Shown in pieces: positions 13,850 to 29,000 of a stretch of 64,000 nt of DNA. The position numbers and the translations under genes were made by a program. Source of the stretch: Rotaria socialis (taxonomy: Eukaryota); contig CAJNYD010000133.1 in assembly GCA_905331295.1 (NCBI GenBank), positions 62,001-126,000 on the forward strand, written 5' to 3'. Positions within the stretch are counted from its first letter, which is position 1, and every line of letters begins with the position of its first letter. Under the pieces are notes generated by a model. That model was not told where the DNA came from, did not search any database, and worked only from the letters and a program-made list of their open reading frames with translations.

Positions 13850-14180
13850 GGAGCATTGGTTCGTATCGAAAAACACCATTATAACAGTTTTTCATGAGTC
13901 AATGAATTCATAACGCCCATCATTAAATCGTCGACACCTTTCAGTTTTTTTAACATCGTCTATGGCGTGATCAATCGAATTAACTTGTGTGCAGAGACCA
14001 ATGTCACCATAATAATGAATATTGTTTTCAACTCTTGTATGTACACGATCATGAGTCAGAGTATCTTGAAATATTTTCAAGATGACATCTGCTCAGCAAT
14101 TTCAAATTAATATTTGGAATACAACGTGGAATTCATCTATCGTTGATATTTTTCGACAGAAAAAGCCAACGTGTGTCCTA
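13850..14180 (-). pseudogene. Decayed coding fragment of unknown family (copy A)
   Basis: Reads HVGFFCRKISTIDEFHVVFQILI*...NNIHYYGDIGLCTQVNSIDH...GRYEFID and aligns by eye with the + strand fragment at 14705-15030. Confidence 0.5.
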
Positions 14181-14704
14181 CTATGTGTATCTCCCGGTTT
14201 GTTTGCCAATGATGAATTTATTTGGAGATTATCCTTATTGCACTTGTTTGTACAAATCTATGAAATGGTTCTGACGAAAGTCGACAAGCAGTCATGCAAG
14301 AATTTCATAATTTACTAAAGGTCAGTTATAATGTTCGATAGGATAGTCTTTTTTTATTAGGCCACATATTTGAATTCATCATAGTGGCAATTCGTACACA
14401 TTCAGAATCAATAATTCGCATAGTTGGGGACTCGATAAATGATTATACTGCGCTAAAATCTGTTTAAACATGTTTCAATCGAAAAAAATGATCTAAAAAA
14501 GTCATGGTGTGCCTGATTTTGTTGAACTCATAATTCTAAATTAAGATCAGTGGAGTAACGATTGTATTACACTTGCAAACGAAAATTTCTTTGTCATCTG
14601 CCATAATCTTTATATTCGACTTTCGATGGTCAACGTCGGAAAAATCTTTGGCTAATATCTACTTAGTAACTAAAACTCGAATGCCACATGTTTTGTAATT
14701 TAAT

Positions 14705-15180
14705 AAAGTGGGATTTATGGCAAGCAAATATTTCGAAATAATATGTGGAACACATTATGCCGTGTTCTATTTGTTCCTACCTCATCAGGCCTAACGTTTT
14801 GAGTCGAAGCTGTCAAATTTTATAATTAACAACAAAGTGACTATATATTATAGAGCTACAATTAAGAAATAAAAAAAGAAAATGGTATTCACTATTATGG
14901 TAACGTTGGACTGACTGCAATGGTGAATAGTGTAGAGTATATTAACCGATGACTTGAAATAGAGAAACCAAAAAAAGGTATAGGTTCTTTACTGTTTGGC
15001 ATTATGAAATCATTAAATAGTAAGAAATTATTGGGATGGTCTTATGTAGTGATGGAAAATGATGGATTTTGGCCACAGATACAAACAGAAGTTCACGACT
15101 TCTTTACTGAAAAATTTAGGTACGGTAAATCAATATTATGGTCATTATCAAGTGGCAAAACATGGTTTCGAAACTAAATA
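14705..15180 (+). pseudogene. Decayed coding fragment of unknown family (copy B)
   Basis: Reads KVGFMASKYFEIICGTHYAVFYLFL...(frameshift)...NGIHYYGNVGLTAMVNSVEY...(frameshift)...WHYEIIK; paralogous to copy A. Confidence 0.5.
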
Positions 15181-17089
15181 GGTATTATGCTATAGAATCC
15201 CAATTGATCAATTTTCTTATTATATATATTTTATGCATTGTTATATTGATGAAAAACAATTCTATTTCGTAGACAACTATTTTCTGTTTTAATAAAATCT
15301 ATAGGAACAATTCTCATAGAACAAAAATATAAAACATAATACATCAGCTCTAATTTTATATCTGGAGGATGCATGGGTATGCGTATAGATGTAAATGAAG
15401 TGAACTCCTACATTCACATTCCACATCCGATTGGTTGTGTTGCTGAAGGTTTTGTGAAAAGAACAATCGTTATTGATTCTAGATTAGGCAAAGTTATTGC
15501 CGAACTATCCGATAGAGTTGACCGAGCGCCTTACAGGACACGTACCGCTCTGACTGGGAATGTCCGTTTCAGCTTGTATATGATGAATTGTATGACAATG
15601 TTCCATTCGACGAAACAGTTTTCTCAAAGCCTACTAAGTTAATAACGTAACCAAAGTATACTTTAGTAGAGCTCTGGAGTTGCAAGGTCGGAATCAAAAG
15701 AATTCCTATTTCTATTAGTGAGTAAACGTTTTTCTTCGATATCAAAGAGTTTCTTATCGAAGCTATTTCGAACACTCCAAAATTGGCTGAACAAATAACA
15801 CATATTGACGACTTTCCGAGCGTGCGCGTTTTCGCATTCACATCTCTAACGGTGAAATCATCAACTGTACAATTGAATGGACTCAAAAGCTTTGTTGTAT
15901 ACTACACAATTCATTTATGCTTGCCTCTATTGTGAGAGATCTTTATATATGTTATCTATTCTAATAAAAAAATTCATGAATACATCAATGCATCAAGAAA
16001 AGTTAGTAATGTTAACCATCTGAAGGATCTACAGTCAATAATTGAATAGATGCAAGCTGTATCAGTATATAACTTGAGAAAAAAGCACAAAGCAGTTTTC
16101 TTACGCTTGTGACCGCCTTTATCGCAAGTTTCACTTCTGATTCAGAGAACCTGTTGAATTCCTCGGCCCAAAACATCCTTCACTGGAACTGTATTCAGCA
16201 CGCCTAGATGGATCCTCCGAGTTACATCTATGTACTTATTATTTAATTATTACCTTTTGCAATTCAATCTATAAAATAATTTAGTAATTAAGTGACTTGA
16301 TGATTGATCCTTGAGAAAGGTTGAAACGATAGCCATAGCATTTCTTAAACATAATGCACATCCACATCCTCAATACATCACTGTTGATTTTAGATAGAGT
16401 CGAATGTGGTCGTAATGTACCTAGAAGATCTAGTTCTAATAGAAAATCTCACTGGATATGTAGTAGCACCGGCGGGACAGTGAATAAGTCATTTTTTTTT
16501 CTAGAGGACTGATTTTCCTTACTGTACACTATTTCGACAAAGTGCACAAAAAATAGGTCACATATAGAGGCGGTGCTTTATCTTTATTTTGCTTTGAAAA
16601 AATGGAAGTATAAAGTAGACCAAAGTTTCTTTGCCAGGTAAAATAAAGCAAAGCTGAGGTTCTTTATTTAACTAAATAAAATAAAGATAAGGTACTACCC
16701 ACAGCCATACGGGTTATCATTGCAAGAAAAAAGATATCCGTATCTCTCAATTTATGAAAAAGTAAATTTTTCTCATAGATTACTCCTATGGTGATTAATG
16801 TATATATAAAATCGAAGCACAGCTGAAGAGACACATCATTTACACATCACTTGGTTATATTCATCAACCACTTTCGTCACAGGCGCCGTAGAACAATGCA
16901 AAATATTAACCCATCAATCTGTTTGATCGCCTTGGCGTTGATAGCTACAGCCAGTATGGCCGGAACCGTAGGAAATCAAGTCAAGATCAATGGCCATAAA
17001 GATCACTTAATCCAGAAGCTTACCGTTTAGTTATCTTCCCCGAGATTCTACATGTCAACACAGTTTACAAACCGCATGTAACAAAACAT

Positions 17090-20000
17090 TAGCATAACTG
17101 AATATAAACCTGACGATTTCAATTATTCATTTTTCATGCATTAATCAGTCATCTAATTAGCTCGCAATGCTACTTGCAAACTGAGAAAACTATTTGAATA
17201 CAATCTTACTATCAATTATTCATCTCTAATATATTAATCGATTCTGTAATCAACTCGCAATAGTATCTCCAAGCTGAGCAAAATATTTCAATACTATCTT
17301 ACTATCAATTATGTATTTATCATGTATCCCACGATCCTGAAATTCACTCAAACTCTTCCATTCAACAAGAGAACAATATGTGTATACACTCTTTATATAA
17401 TTCATTCATTCCTTTGATGTTCCTGCATCATCTAAATAAATCTTACTGTTCGCTTTATAATGAGCAAAATATTTTAATCGATCCTTTGTTTAAACTATTT
17501 ACTGTTTATGCCGTCATCAAGCATGAAACCTATCTCGAACCTTACCTGTGAAACGAGGAAAATATTTGAAAAACATCGTACCATAATCTTTCCTTGCTCG
17601 TGACTTCGTCATTGCATAATCAACTCTACACATCTTTGTTCGGAAATCAAGAAAATATTTGAATAGAATCGTACTATGAATCATTCGTTCGTCGTCTGTT
17701 CATCGATCATTTTATCAAGTTCAAATCTTTGCTCTGAAAGATATAAATATTTGAAAAATATCATGCTAAAAAATGTCAGTTCTTGTGCCTTCGTTCATCA
17801 TGTACTCAATTCCACATCTTTCTGTTGAACTCAGGAACATATTTGAATACAATATTACTATCAACTATTCATTTTCTCCTGTCTCCACGAATGATGAGAT
17901 TAAGTCAAAATCTGTTCTTCAAAATAAGCAAAATATTTTAACACAATCTTATTCAGAATTATTCTTTTACAATGTGTTCAACAGTTTGGTAATCAACCAC
18001 AAGAATATGTTTCGAAATGAACAAAATATTCGAATAGAATCTTCGTATGGAATAATCATTTCGTTTGTCTCTCGTCGATGATGTAATAACTTCAAATATT
18101 TTCAACAAAATGAGCGAAATATTTCAATAGTATTTTGATAAGACGCAATCATTTGCGATGTGTCTGTCGATCATGTTATCAATTTCAAAATTCTCCTCCA
18201 AAATGAGCACAATACTTCAACACAATCTTTATCAGAATTATTCACTTCGCGTCGGTTCGGCGTTTATCTAATCAGTTCCAACTCTTCATTTTCAAGCAAG
18301 CAAAATATTTGAATAATATCGTGCTCGTAATAATTCATTTGTTCTGTGTTCATCAATCATGTAATTGATTCCAATTCTTTCCACCAAAACGAATGCCATA
18401 ATCAAATAAGAACTTTGTTTAAACTATTCTTTCGTCATGTCATTCGTCGTTCGTGTAATAAACTGGAGCCGGTGCTAAAAAATGAATCTAATATTTGTAA
18501 TTAATCCTCATATGAATTGTTGCTATCTTGTGTGCTCGTCATTCTTCTTGTTATTTTCAACTCGATGTTCAAGAATGACCAACATTAATGAATATAATCG
18601 TCATATAAACTATTCACTTCTCCTGCGTTTCTCAATCATGTAATGCACTGCAAATTTTCGCTCTGAAATGAGAAAATAATTTCTCAGAATCTTGATGTAA
18701 ATTATTCATTTATCGACTGTACCTCAATCAACTGATCAACTCGCAATTTTTGTTCTGAAATGAGTTAAAAATTTGAATGGCAACGTTGTTAAAACTATCA
18801 ACTTTTCGTGTCTTCGCTAGTCATACAGCAGTCAAGCATTCTTCTGAAGAGCTGCGTAGAATGCTTGAATGGGATCGTCATCGGAATTATTTGTCTTGTG
18901 TATGTTCATTGACCATCTATTTCACTTGACACTCGTCGTTCAAAGCAGACAAACTATTTGAATAGAATCTTAATATGAATAATACACACGACGTGTGTTC
19001 ATTGATTATACAAACCAGTTCTTATTTTTCCTGCGAAATAAATAATATATATGAACAGAATTGTACTATAAACTAATCGTTTCTCGTGTCCCGCAGGCCA
19101 TCTTCCCGACGTTCAATCTTTACTGCAAAATAATGACAACATATGAATAGAATTCTACCACTTAGCATCATTCATTCGTCTTGCCTTTATCGATCATGTA
19201 ACAAAATCCAAACCTTTGATTCTAACTAGACATAATATGACAGCAGATACTTTATATGAATTATTTAATTCTCACGTGTTTGTTGAATGATCGAATCAAC
19301 TGCAAATCTTTGTACTAAAATGAGTTGAATATTCGAATTGTACTTTATTCAGGATTATTCATATGTCTCATGTTCGACGATCCTGTGATTGCCTGGAAAA
19401 CATGACGTCGATAGGCACAAAATATCTTAATCGAATCTTCATATGAGCTGTTCTTTTTTCGTCTATTGTGGATGATCTAATCAATCCTGAATCTTTCCTC
19501 GAAAGTAACCAAAATATTTGAAAAGAATCCTGATAAGAACTTTTCATTCCTTGTGCATCAGCAGTTCATCTATTCACCTCCAAATATGTACTCCGAAAGC
19601 CGACATCATGTTTGAATAGTAACTTTGTTGGAATTATTCATTCAACCCGTGTTCATCGAAAATGTAAACGAGTGAAAATCTGTACTCGAAAACTACCAAG
19701 ATATTTTATTAGAGTATTGATATCAACCATTTGTTTCTCGTGCATTTGTGCAACATCTACTCGCGTCTAATACTCTCCTGCAAAATACGAAACATATTTG
19801 AATAGAATCTTACTGATAACAATTCATTTGTCATGTTTTCCTAGATCACCTAATCCACTGTTAATATTCCCTCGAAAATAAGCTGAATAGTTCAATAGAA
19901 TCATTATCCAATTTATTCATTTGTCTTGTTTTAGTTGATCACCGCATTACATCGAAATCTTTTCTTCGAATTGAAGAAGATATTTTTACATCAGATTAGT

Positions 20001-23000
20001 TGAACTGATCATACGTCGTGTGTTCGTCGGCTATGTGATCAATTTAAATCTGCGCACCGAAATCTGCAGAATACTTGAATAGCATACCACTGAGACATAT
20101 TTGCTTTTCGTCTGTTTCTTCGCCATTAAGTCAATGCCAAATATATACTCGGAGATGAGCAAAATCTTTGGATAGAATCTTAATATGAATTATTCATTCA
20201 TCGTTTTGCTTCCGATGATCTAATCGACGTCAAACTATTGTTGTCAAAATAGAAAAATATTTGAATCGTATCTTTGTTAATACTATTCACTTTCCATTTG
20301 AGCTCGTCTATCACGTAATGAATGCTAAATATTTTTTCAGAAATAAACAATGTATTTGAATAGAATCATGATTTGACTTGTCCAGTCGTCGTGTACATGT
20401 CAATCCATGTAGTCAACCCCAAATTGGTCGTGTAAATTCAGCAAAATATTCGACCAGATTTATAATATGAATCATTCCCTCGCCGTACATTCTCTTGATC
20501 ATTGATTTACCTGTAAATCTTCCTGAAAAAATTAGAACAATATTCGAATAGTATCTTCTTCAGGCGTATTCATTTCTCTGTGTTTGACTATTCTCTTATC
20601 AACTGCAAATCTTTTCTCTTCAATCATAAAAATATCTGTATGCGTTTGTACTATGACTAGTTCATGATACAGATGTTCTAACTGACATAAATCAACTCGA
20701 AATCTAGACTCTGAAATGAGAAAAAAATTTGAATTATATCTTACTCAGAATTATTTATTTTTTCACTGCCCGGCGATAATGTCATCGGCGGCAAATCTTT
20801 TCTCTGAAACAAGCAAAATATTGGCACAGGATCATACTATGCATCATTCATTTGCCAGATGTTTCTAGATGATGTAATCAAATGGAAATATTTCCTGCAC
20901 AATGAGCAAAATATTCCACGAAAATCTTTTTTCGAATTATTCATCGGTCGTTCGTTCGCAGATCATCTCACGAGCTGAAAAATCGTTTTTTCGAAATGAG
21001 CAAAATATTCGAATACAATCCTGATAGAAATCAGCCATTGTCCATATGTTCTTGGTTTATTTCATCAACTGGAAATCTTCGCTCAATAAAGAGAAAAATA
21101 TGTGAATGAAATTTTCTTTGTTTACCTTGTTCAGTTTTTCTGTGATCGTCTATCCAGTAGTTAATTATAAAGATTGCCTTGAAACAATGAAAATCTGTGA
21201 ATATTATCTTAATATGAATTTTACATTTTTCTTGTATTCATTGACCTGTTAATCAACTTCAAATCTTTTCTTGAAGATGAGCGAAATATTTAGACAGACT
21301 CTTACTATCAATCAGTCGTTTATCGTGTGTTCGTCGTTCATTCGAGAAATTGCAACTCGTTACCATGAACATAGTCAAATATTCGAATTGAATCATACTA
21401 TCAATTATTCATTATTCGTGTGTCAGTCTATCATATAACTTACTTGAAATATTGGCTCCGAAATTTATTAAATAGTTGACTACAATTTTGGTTTGGATCA
21501 AGCATCTATCATCTGTGCTTCGATCACGAAATCAACTTCAAATCACGCCTTCGAAATGAACAACGTATTGGAACAGCAACTTTGTTTGAAATATTATCCT
21601 ATCATATGTTGGTTGGGTTTTTTATGAACTACAAATCCTTTGTCACAAGTGACCAAAATATTTGACAACAGCCATCGTCTAAGCTATTATTTTTCTGTGT
21701 GTTGCTTGATCATGGTGTCAACTCTGAAGCTGTCTTTCAAATTACGCATCGTGTTTGAATAGAATCTTAATACCAGTTATTCATGCAGTGCGTGTTCGAT
21801 CAACATATAACGAACTTCAAATCTTTTCTGTGAAACGTAGAAAATATTTCGATAGAATTGTACTATAATTTAATCATTTTTCACGTGTTGTCGATCATGT
21901 TTTCACTTCGAAATCTTTGTGTTCAAAATGAGAAAAAATTTGAAGACAACCCTAGTCAGATTTATTCATTTTTGCGTATGTTTATCGATCACGAATTCAA
22001 TTACAATTCTCTGATGCGAAATGCGCGCAACATTCGAATAGAATCTTCGTATAAAACAATCAATTTCGATGCGTTGATCCGTCGCCTAATACAATAAGAA
22101 TCATTGCTTCAAAATGAGCACAATGTTTGAATATAACATCTTATTGAAAATTATACATTTGTCGCGTGTTCAAGTATCATAATATGAACTTCAACTCTGT
22201 GTTCGGAAATTAGTAAGATATTTCAATGACGCTATCATATGAACGTTTCATGCATCTTGTGTTTCGGTATGATATGATCAATTCCAAGTATTTCGTAGCA
22301 AAACAGCAACATATTTTTATAGAATTCTGCTAATCATTATTCATTTGTGATGTGATCATCGATCATGAAGTCACATTAAAATCTTTACTGAAAACTTATC
22401 AAGAAAATGGAATGGGACCATTGTTTAAACTATTCATTTGTCGTGTGTCCTTGGACTGTGTAATTAATTCGAAATCTTTTCTTTTAGATGAGCAAAATAT
22501 TTGAACAGAATCGTTATATAAGTTATTCATTTTTCTTGTTTTCATCGAGCTGCTCACTCATTGCAAAGTAGTGCTCTGAAATCAGCGCAAAACTTCAACA
22601 ACATACTACTAACGATCATATTTGTCTTGTATATTCGTTGATCATGTAATATTCTTCAAATCTTTGCTACGATATTAGTACAAAATTTGAATAGAATCTT
22701 AATTCGAATTATTCATTTCTCTTGTGTTCGCCGTTGAAATAGTTAGCCGAAAATATGTGAGCGTACTGAATGAACTATTCAAATAGAATCCTGATCCTGA
22801 TATGAATGATACGCTTATCGTGTATTCCACCCTCACTGAGTCTACTGCAAATCAGTAGTGGAATTTCAGCGAAAAATTTGAAAAGTACCTTTGTTTCAAC
22901 CATTAGTTTTCTGTGCGTTCCTCCATCTGACAAACTAACACAGATGTTTGTTTCGCAATAGACGAAAAATTTGAATACCTGTGTGCTGTGAACTATTCAT

Positions 23001-26000
23001 TTTACGGTTTTTACATGAAACGCGTAATCAACTAGAAATCTATTCCTTCAACTAAAAAAAGTAGTGGAATAGAATCTTACTATGAACATTTCTTTCGTGA
23101 TGTTTTCTTTATTATATAATGAACTTCAACTCTTCGGCCGGAAATGAATACATTATTAGAATGAAATCCTGCTGCCAGTTTGTCATCAGGGATGTAATCC
23201 ATGCTTATCTAATCAAGTTCAAATCTGCGTTCCGAAACGATCAAAATATTTTAATCGAATTTTACTCTAAATTTTTCATGTTTTGTGTGTTCGCGCATGA
23301 TCTGATTTACACGAAATCTAATCTTCAGAATGACCGAAATATTTTAGCAGGATCATATTAACACTTATGCATTTTTCTAGTGTTCATCTATCATTTAATC
23401 AAGTTCAAATTTTTGCTTTGAAATACGTGCAACATTTGAATAGATTATTCATAGAAATTATTCATTTCTACTCACTTCATCGATGATGAAGCCAGTTGTA
23501 AACATGTTCTCTGACATGCACAATATGTTCGAACTGAATTTTTATGAGAATAATTCATTCTCCTTCTGTACCACAATCATCTAATCAACTATAAATCTTT
23601 GTTTTTAAATCACAACGATGTTTGTATAAAGTCTTCGTCTCAATTATTTATTTTTCTCGTACCGTGTTTGATATAATAAACTGCAAATCTTAATTGCAGG
23701 ACCAACACAGTATTTGAATGAAAGCGTTCTATGCGTTATTCATTTCTGGTGTTTTTTCCGTCATGCAATCAACTGCAAATCTGTGCTTAGAAATGAGCAA
23801 CATTTTTGATTAGCAGCTTTATTCAAATTCTCCATTTGTCATGTGTTCGTTCATCGTGTAATCAACACAAAATCTTTACTACCCAAGTAACCAAATCTTT
23901 GAATAGAATCATTTTATGAGGTTTTCATTGGTTGCGTGATCGTGAATCATGGAATCAGCTTCGAATCATTCCATCCAAATGAGTATAAGCTTCGAATAGA
24001 ATCTTAATAGGACACTTTCGTCCCTTGTGCGCTCACTCACCATCTAATAAAGTCGAACTCTTCTCTGCGCCACGTAACTACGTATCTGAATAGGGCTGTG
24101 ATATGAATGATTCATTTGCCCTATGCTTGTTGATTCATTTGCCCTACGCTTGTTGACTATGTAACCAACTATGAATATTTTTTTCGGAAAGGAGCGCAAT
24201 AGTTAAATCCAATCATGATATGAATTCTTCATTTGCCGAGTGTACGTCCATCATGAAATGACTACGAAATCTTTCTTCGCATAGGAGCAAAATATTGGAA
24301 TAGCTGTCTTTCTCCAATTTTTCATTTTTCTCTATATTCGTCGCTCATGTAGTTGACCTAAATCTTTGTTTAGAAAAGAGAAAAATATTTGAAGAGAAAA
24401 TATTCGTATGCATTTTTCATTTCTTGAATGTTCGTTGAACATGAAATCAACTATAGATCTGTTCTTCAAAAGAAGTAAAATATTTGAATAGAATCGTAAT
24501 ATAAACTATGTACTCATTGTGTCGGTGTTGATGATATACTCGAGTATAAATCTTTCCTTCGGTATGAAGAATACTCTTGAATACGATCGCGAATCAATGT
24601 TCATTTGTTGTGTGTTCGTCGGTTAAAATTATCAATCGGAAATCCTTTGACCGTCATGAGAATATCGTTTGAACAAAATTGCACTACATGTCTTTCTGCT
24701 ATCATGCGTCGATGAATGATTCGGTCAACTTCGATAGTATCGTCTGAACGGAATAAAATATATGAATAGAATCCTACTGAGAAATATTCCTTTGCCGTAT
24801 GTTCCATGTTTGTGCAATCAGTTCCAAAGAATCGCTTAGCAATGAGCAAAATATTTCAATAAAATCTTCATACGAATTATTTAATGATGATGTGTTCGTA
24901 GATGATGTAACAAATGCTCATCGATCCGTATAAATGAGGAAAAGCTTTCGAATAGAATCTTATTGAGAAGTATTCATTTTTTTAGTGTGCGACGATCATG
25001 TAATTATCAGCAAATCTTCACATCGAAGCGAACAAACTATCTGAATAGAATCTTCATACGAATTACTCATCTATTGGGTCTTGTTGGATGTTGTAATAAA
25101 CTCGGCGTTATTACTCTAGATCAAGAAAAATATTCAAATAGGAATGTGTTTCGAATGTTTCGTTTCCCGTGTGTGAGTCAATCATCGATTGAGACCCACA
25201 TACATGCTATGAAATGCGCAACTTACTTCAACAATAACTTTGTTAAAACTATTCATTTTCCGTGTGTTCATCGATCATGTGATTGGCGGCAGATCTTTGC
25301 CCGAAATGAGCAACACATTTAAATAAAATATTTATCCGAATTATTCAGTCGGCCTGTGTTCTTCGTTCATGTAATGAAATCCAAAGCTTTGTTCCTAAAT
25401 CAGAACAAAATTTCAACAGGACTCTACTCCAGATTATACATTTTTCCTCACACGCTCGAATCGACTATGGAACTTCAAATCTTTGTTTCGACAAGGGGAA
25501 TAGCTTTGAACGGAATCTTAGTAGGAGTTATTCATTCTCATTTGCTCGCAAGTCATGTAATCAATTCCAACTGCTCGGCCAGACATTAGGAAAATATTTG
25601 AATGAAATCGTACATTGGATTGAACTGTTGACAAGTCCTATTTTTGTCGATCATATCTTCAACTCCAACTCTCTCATTCACAATGAGCAGAGTAGTTGAC
25701 TCGAATTGCATTGGAAATTATTCAATTTCTCCTGTGTTCATCGATCATGGAATAAAGTAAAAATCGTTGCTCCCAAATGATAAAATGGTTCGAATGAAAT
25801 CTTAATACAAACTATTCGTTTTCATTTACTCGCATATCTTGCAATCAATTCCAGCTGTTCTGCTCGACGCTCAGAAAATACTTGAATTTAACCTTATCTT
25901 GAATTGAACTGTTCATTGGTTTTATTTCTATTGATCGTGTAATCAGTTGCAAAGCGCTCAATCACAACGAACAGAATATTTGAACCGAATTGGCTTATGG

Positions 26001-29000
26001 AATACTCATTTAACCTGTGGTCGTTACGCATGTAATCGCTTGCTAATCTTTGATCGGCAATGAGGGAAACATCTGAATACAGTACTGCTATAAATTATTC
26101 ATTTTTTGTTTGTTCATCAGTCATGTTATTGACGCGAAATGTTTTGTTGACATTAGATAAAGTGTTTGAATAGGAGGCTTGTTAAAATTAATCTTTTATC
26201 AGCTGGTCATCGATCATAGAGTAAACTTCAAAGATGTACTTGAATAGGAGCAAAATATTTGAATCGAATCATGCTACGAATTTTTCAGGTTTCATGCGTT
26301 TGCCGATCATCTAATCATCACGAATTTTTTTCGCGAGATGGCACAAATATTTGACTCGAGTGTTGCTATGAATTTTTCATTTTTAATATGTTCGAGGATC
26401 ATCTGATTGACTCGAAATATTTGATCCGAGATAACCACAATGTTTGAATAGAATCATGCTTTGAATTATTGGTTTATCTTGTGTTCGTCAGTCATCTAAA
26501 CAATTCTAAACCTTTGCGTCGAAACCAGCACACTATTGGAGTAGAATCTTAGTTGAACTTATTCGTTGTTGGTGTGCTCGGGTTAAATGTAATATATTAC
26601 AGCTGTTTATGTTGATATGAAGAAGATACTTGAATTGCATCTTTCTATGAATTATTTATTGATCGTAGACTGACGAGCCACAGCATGATATTCAAAGCTA
26701 TGCTATGAAATGAAAAAAATACTTGAATAAAATCTTTATATTAATTATTCGTTGGTGCCGTAGGAGTTAATTACGAAATCAACTCGAAACGTGTGCTCTG
26801 AAACGAGGGAACTATTTGAATAAAATCATGTTATGATCTCTCTGTACGCAATGTGCTAATTGATGAAGTAATAAAGTCTTAATATTTGTTTGGAAATTCG
26901 AAAATTATTTGAATATAGTCTTGATATGAATTATTCGTTGCTACTACATTAGTCAGTCATGTAATCAAATTTAAATGTGCACCCGGAAATAGGTAATATA
27001 TTTGAATAATAGCATCCTATAAATGATTTATTTCTCACGTGGTCACGTATCATTTAATTGAGTCGAAATCTTTCCACAGATACTAGTGAAATTTTTGAAT
27101 AGAATCGTGTTATGAATCATGCATTGGTCGTGTGTTGGCTAATTATCTAATCAACTTTTAATCTTTGTTTCGAAATGGACAGAATATTTGAGTAGAATCA
27201 TGCTATGGAGCATTTACTTGTCGTGTGTTTGACAATGATGTAAGCATTTGGAAAGGTTTGCTACGAAATCAGCAACTTATTTGAATCGAATCTTCGTATG
27301 AATTATCTTTTTGACCTGTACTCTTCAATCATGTCACGTGTTTTAAAAGGTGTACATGTAAATAAGGAGAGTATTTGAATTGCGTCGTGTTATGAATTAT
27401 TCATTTCTAACATCGTCCGTGATCAGTTTATCAATTCTTCATCTTTACTACAAAATGAGCAACATTTTTGAAAAGGATCATTTTAGCATCTATCCGTTGA
27501 TCGTGTGTTTACGGATCTTATTATCAACTGATCATTTTCCGCTTCGACATAAGTAGAATAATTGAATAGAACCTTCTTTTCAATGATCCATTTATAGTGC
27601 GCTCATGAATCATTTAATCAACTCGAAATTTTTGCTCTGAAATGAGAAAAATATTGGAATATAGTCTTGATGTGAATTATTAGTTGATCTTGCGTTGGCC
27701 GATTATGGAACTAACTCGAAATGGGGGTTCCGAAAAGAGAGAAATATTTGAATCGAATCGTATTATGAATCATCTATTTGTCGTGGCTTCGTCGATTATT
27801 TTAAAAAGTTCAAATTTTTGCTTCGAAATGCGCAAATTATCTGAATAAAATGTTGCTGTAGCTTTTTCATTTCTTTTTTGTTCGTAGATCGTGTAATTAG
27901 TAGGTCGTTTGTGTGTCAAATACAGAAAAGTATTTGAATCGAAACCTTGTTCAAACTGTTCCCTTGTCATATGTTCTTAGGACATCTAACCCACTCGAAA
28001 TCGGTGCTGTAAAATGAACAAAATCTTTTAATAAAGTCATCTTGATACGAATTATTCACTTCTCAGATGTTAATGCATCAGAAAATGAAGTCCAAATCGT
28101 TGATTCAACAGAGAAAAATATTCCAATAGCATAGTGATATGATCAATTCACTTCTCATTCGTTGATCGATCGTGTAGTTATGTGTTAAATCTTTGCTTTA
28201 AAATGAAGAAGATGTTTGAATAGAGTCTTTTTGAGAGTGATCCCTTTGTTGTCACTTCGGTGACTCTGTTGTCGGCTTCAAGTGTTCACTTCGAGAGTAG
28301 CAAAATATTTGGATAGCATCTTACTAAACAGTATCTATTTGTCGTGTGTTTGCTGATAACCCAACCAACGGTAAATCTTCGATATGAAATGAGCACATTA
28401 GTCGAATGTGACCATGGTGTGAATAATTCGTTTCGCGTGCGTTTTTATATAACGCGACGAATCTGAAATCTTTGCGGTGAAATAAAGCAAATTTAAGAAT
28501 AGAAGCATGCTCTGAATTGTTCATTTATCGTCTGTTTGCCGATTATTTAACCAGGTTCGAACATTTGCTTGGAAATGACAAAAGTATTTCAAGGGAATCA
28601 TCTTGTAAATTAGTCATATGTACTGCGTCCGTGAATCATCTAGTCAACTCGAAATCTTTACTATGAGATCAGAAAAATATTTAAATATAATCTTCGTGTG
28701 AATTATTCCTTTTCATGTGTGCTGATGGATCATGGAATCAACTACAAATCTGCACACTTAAATGAGCTAAATATTCGAATCAAACCTTCGTAGGTATAAA
28801 TCATTGTGCTTGTGATTTTCGGTCATATATATCCGCTGGAATTATTCACTCTGAAAAGAATAAATTATTGGAATGAAATCTTCGTAGCAGCTATTCATTT
28901 GGCGTGTGTTCATGTATCATACACTAAAGTCTAAATCTTTATTCTAAAATGACGAAAAGTTTTGAATGAAATAGTTTTCTGAATGATTCACTTTTCGTAT

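Noticed and set aside
15373..15886. ORFs 15373-15642 (+) and 15569-15886 (-)
   Set aside because: No recognisable domain or splice-supported model.
16295..16335. Hammerhead-ribozyme-like ttgatga...gaaac motif of Penelope-like elements
   Set aside because: Core C is missing, stem II pairs poorly, stems I and III were not found and there is no nearby RT remnant.
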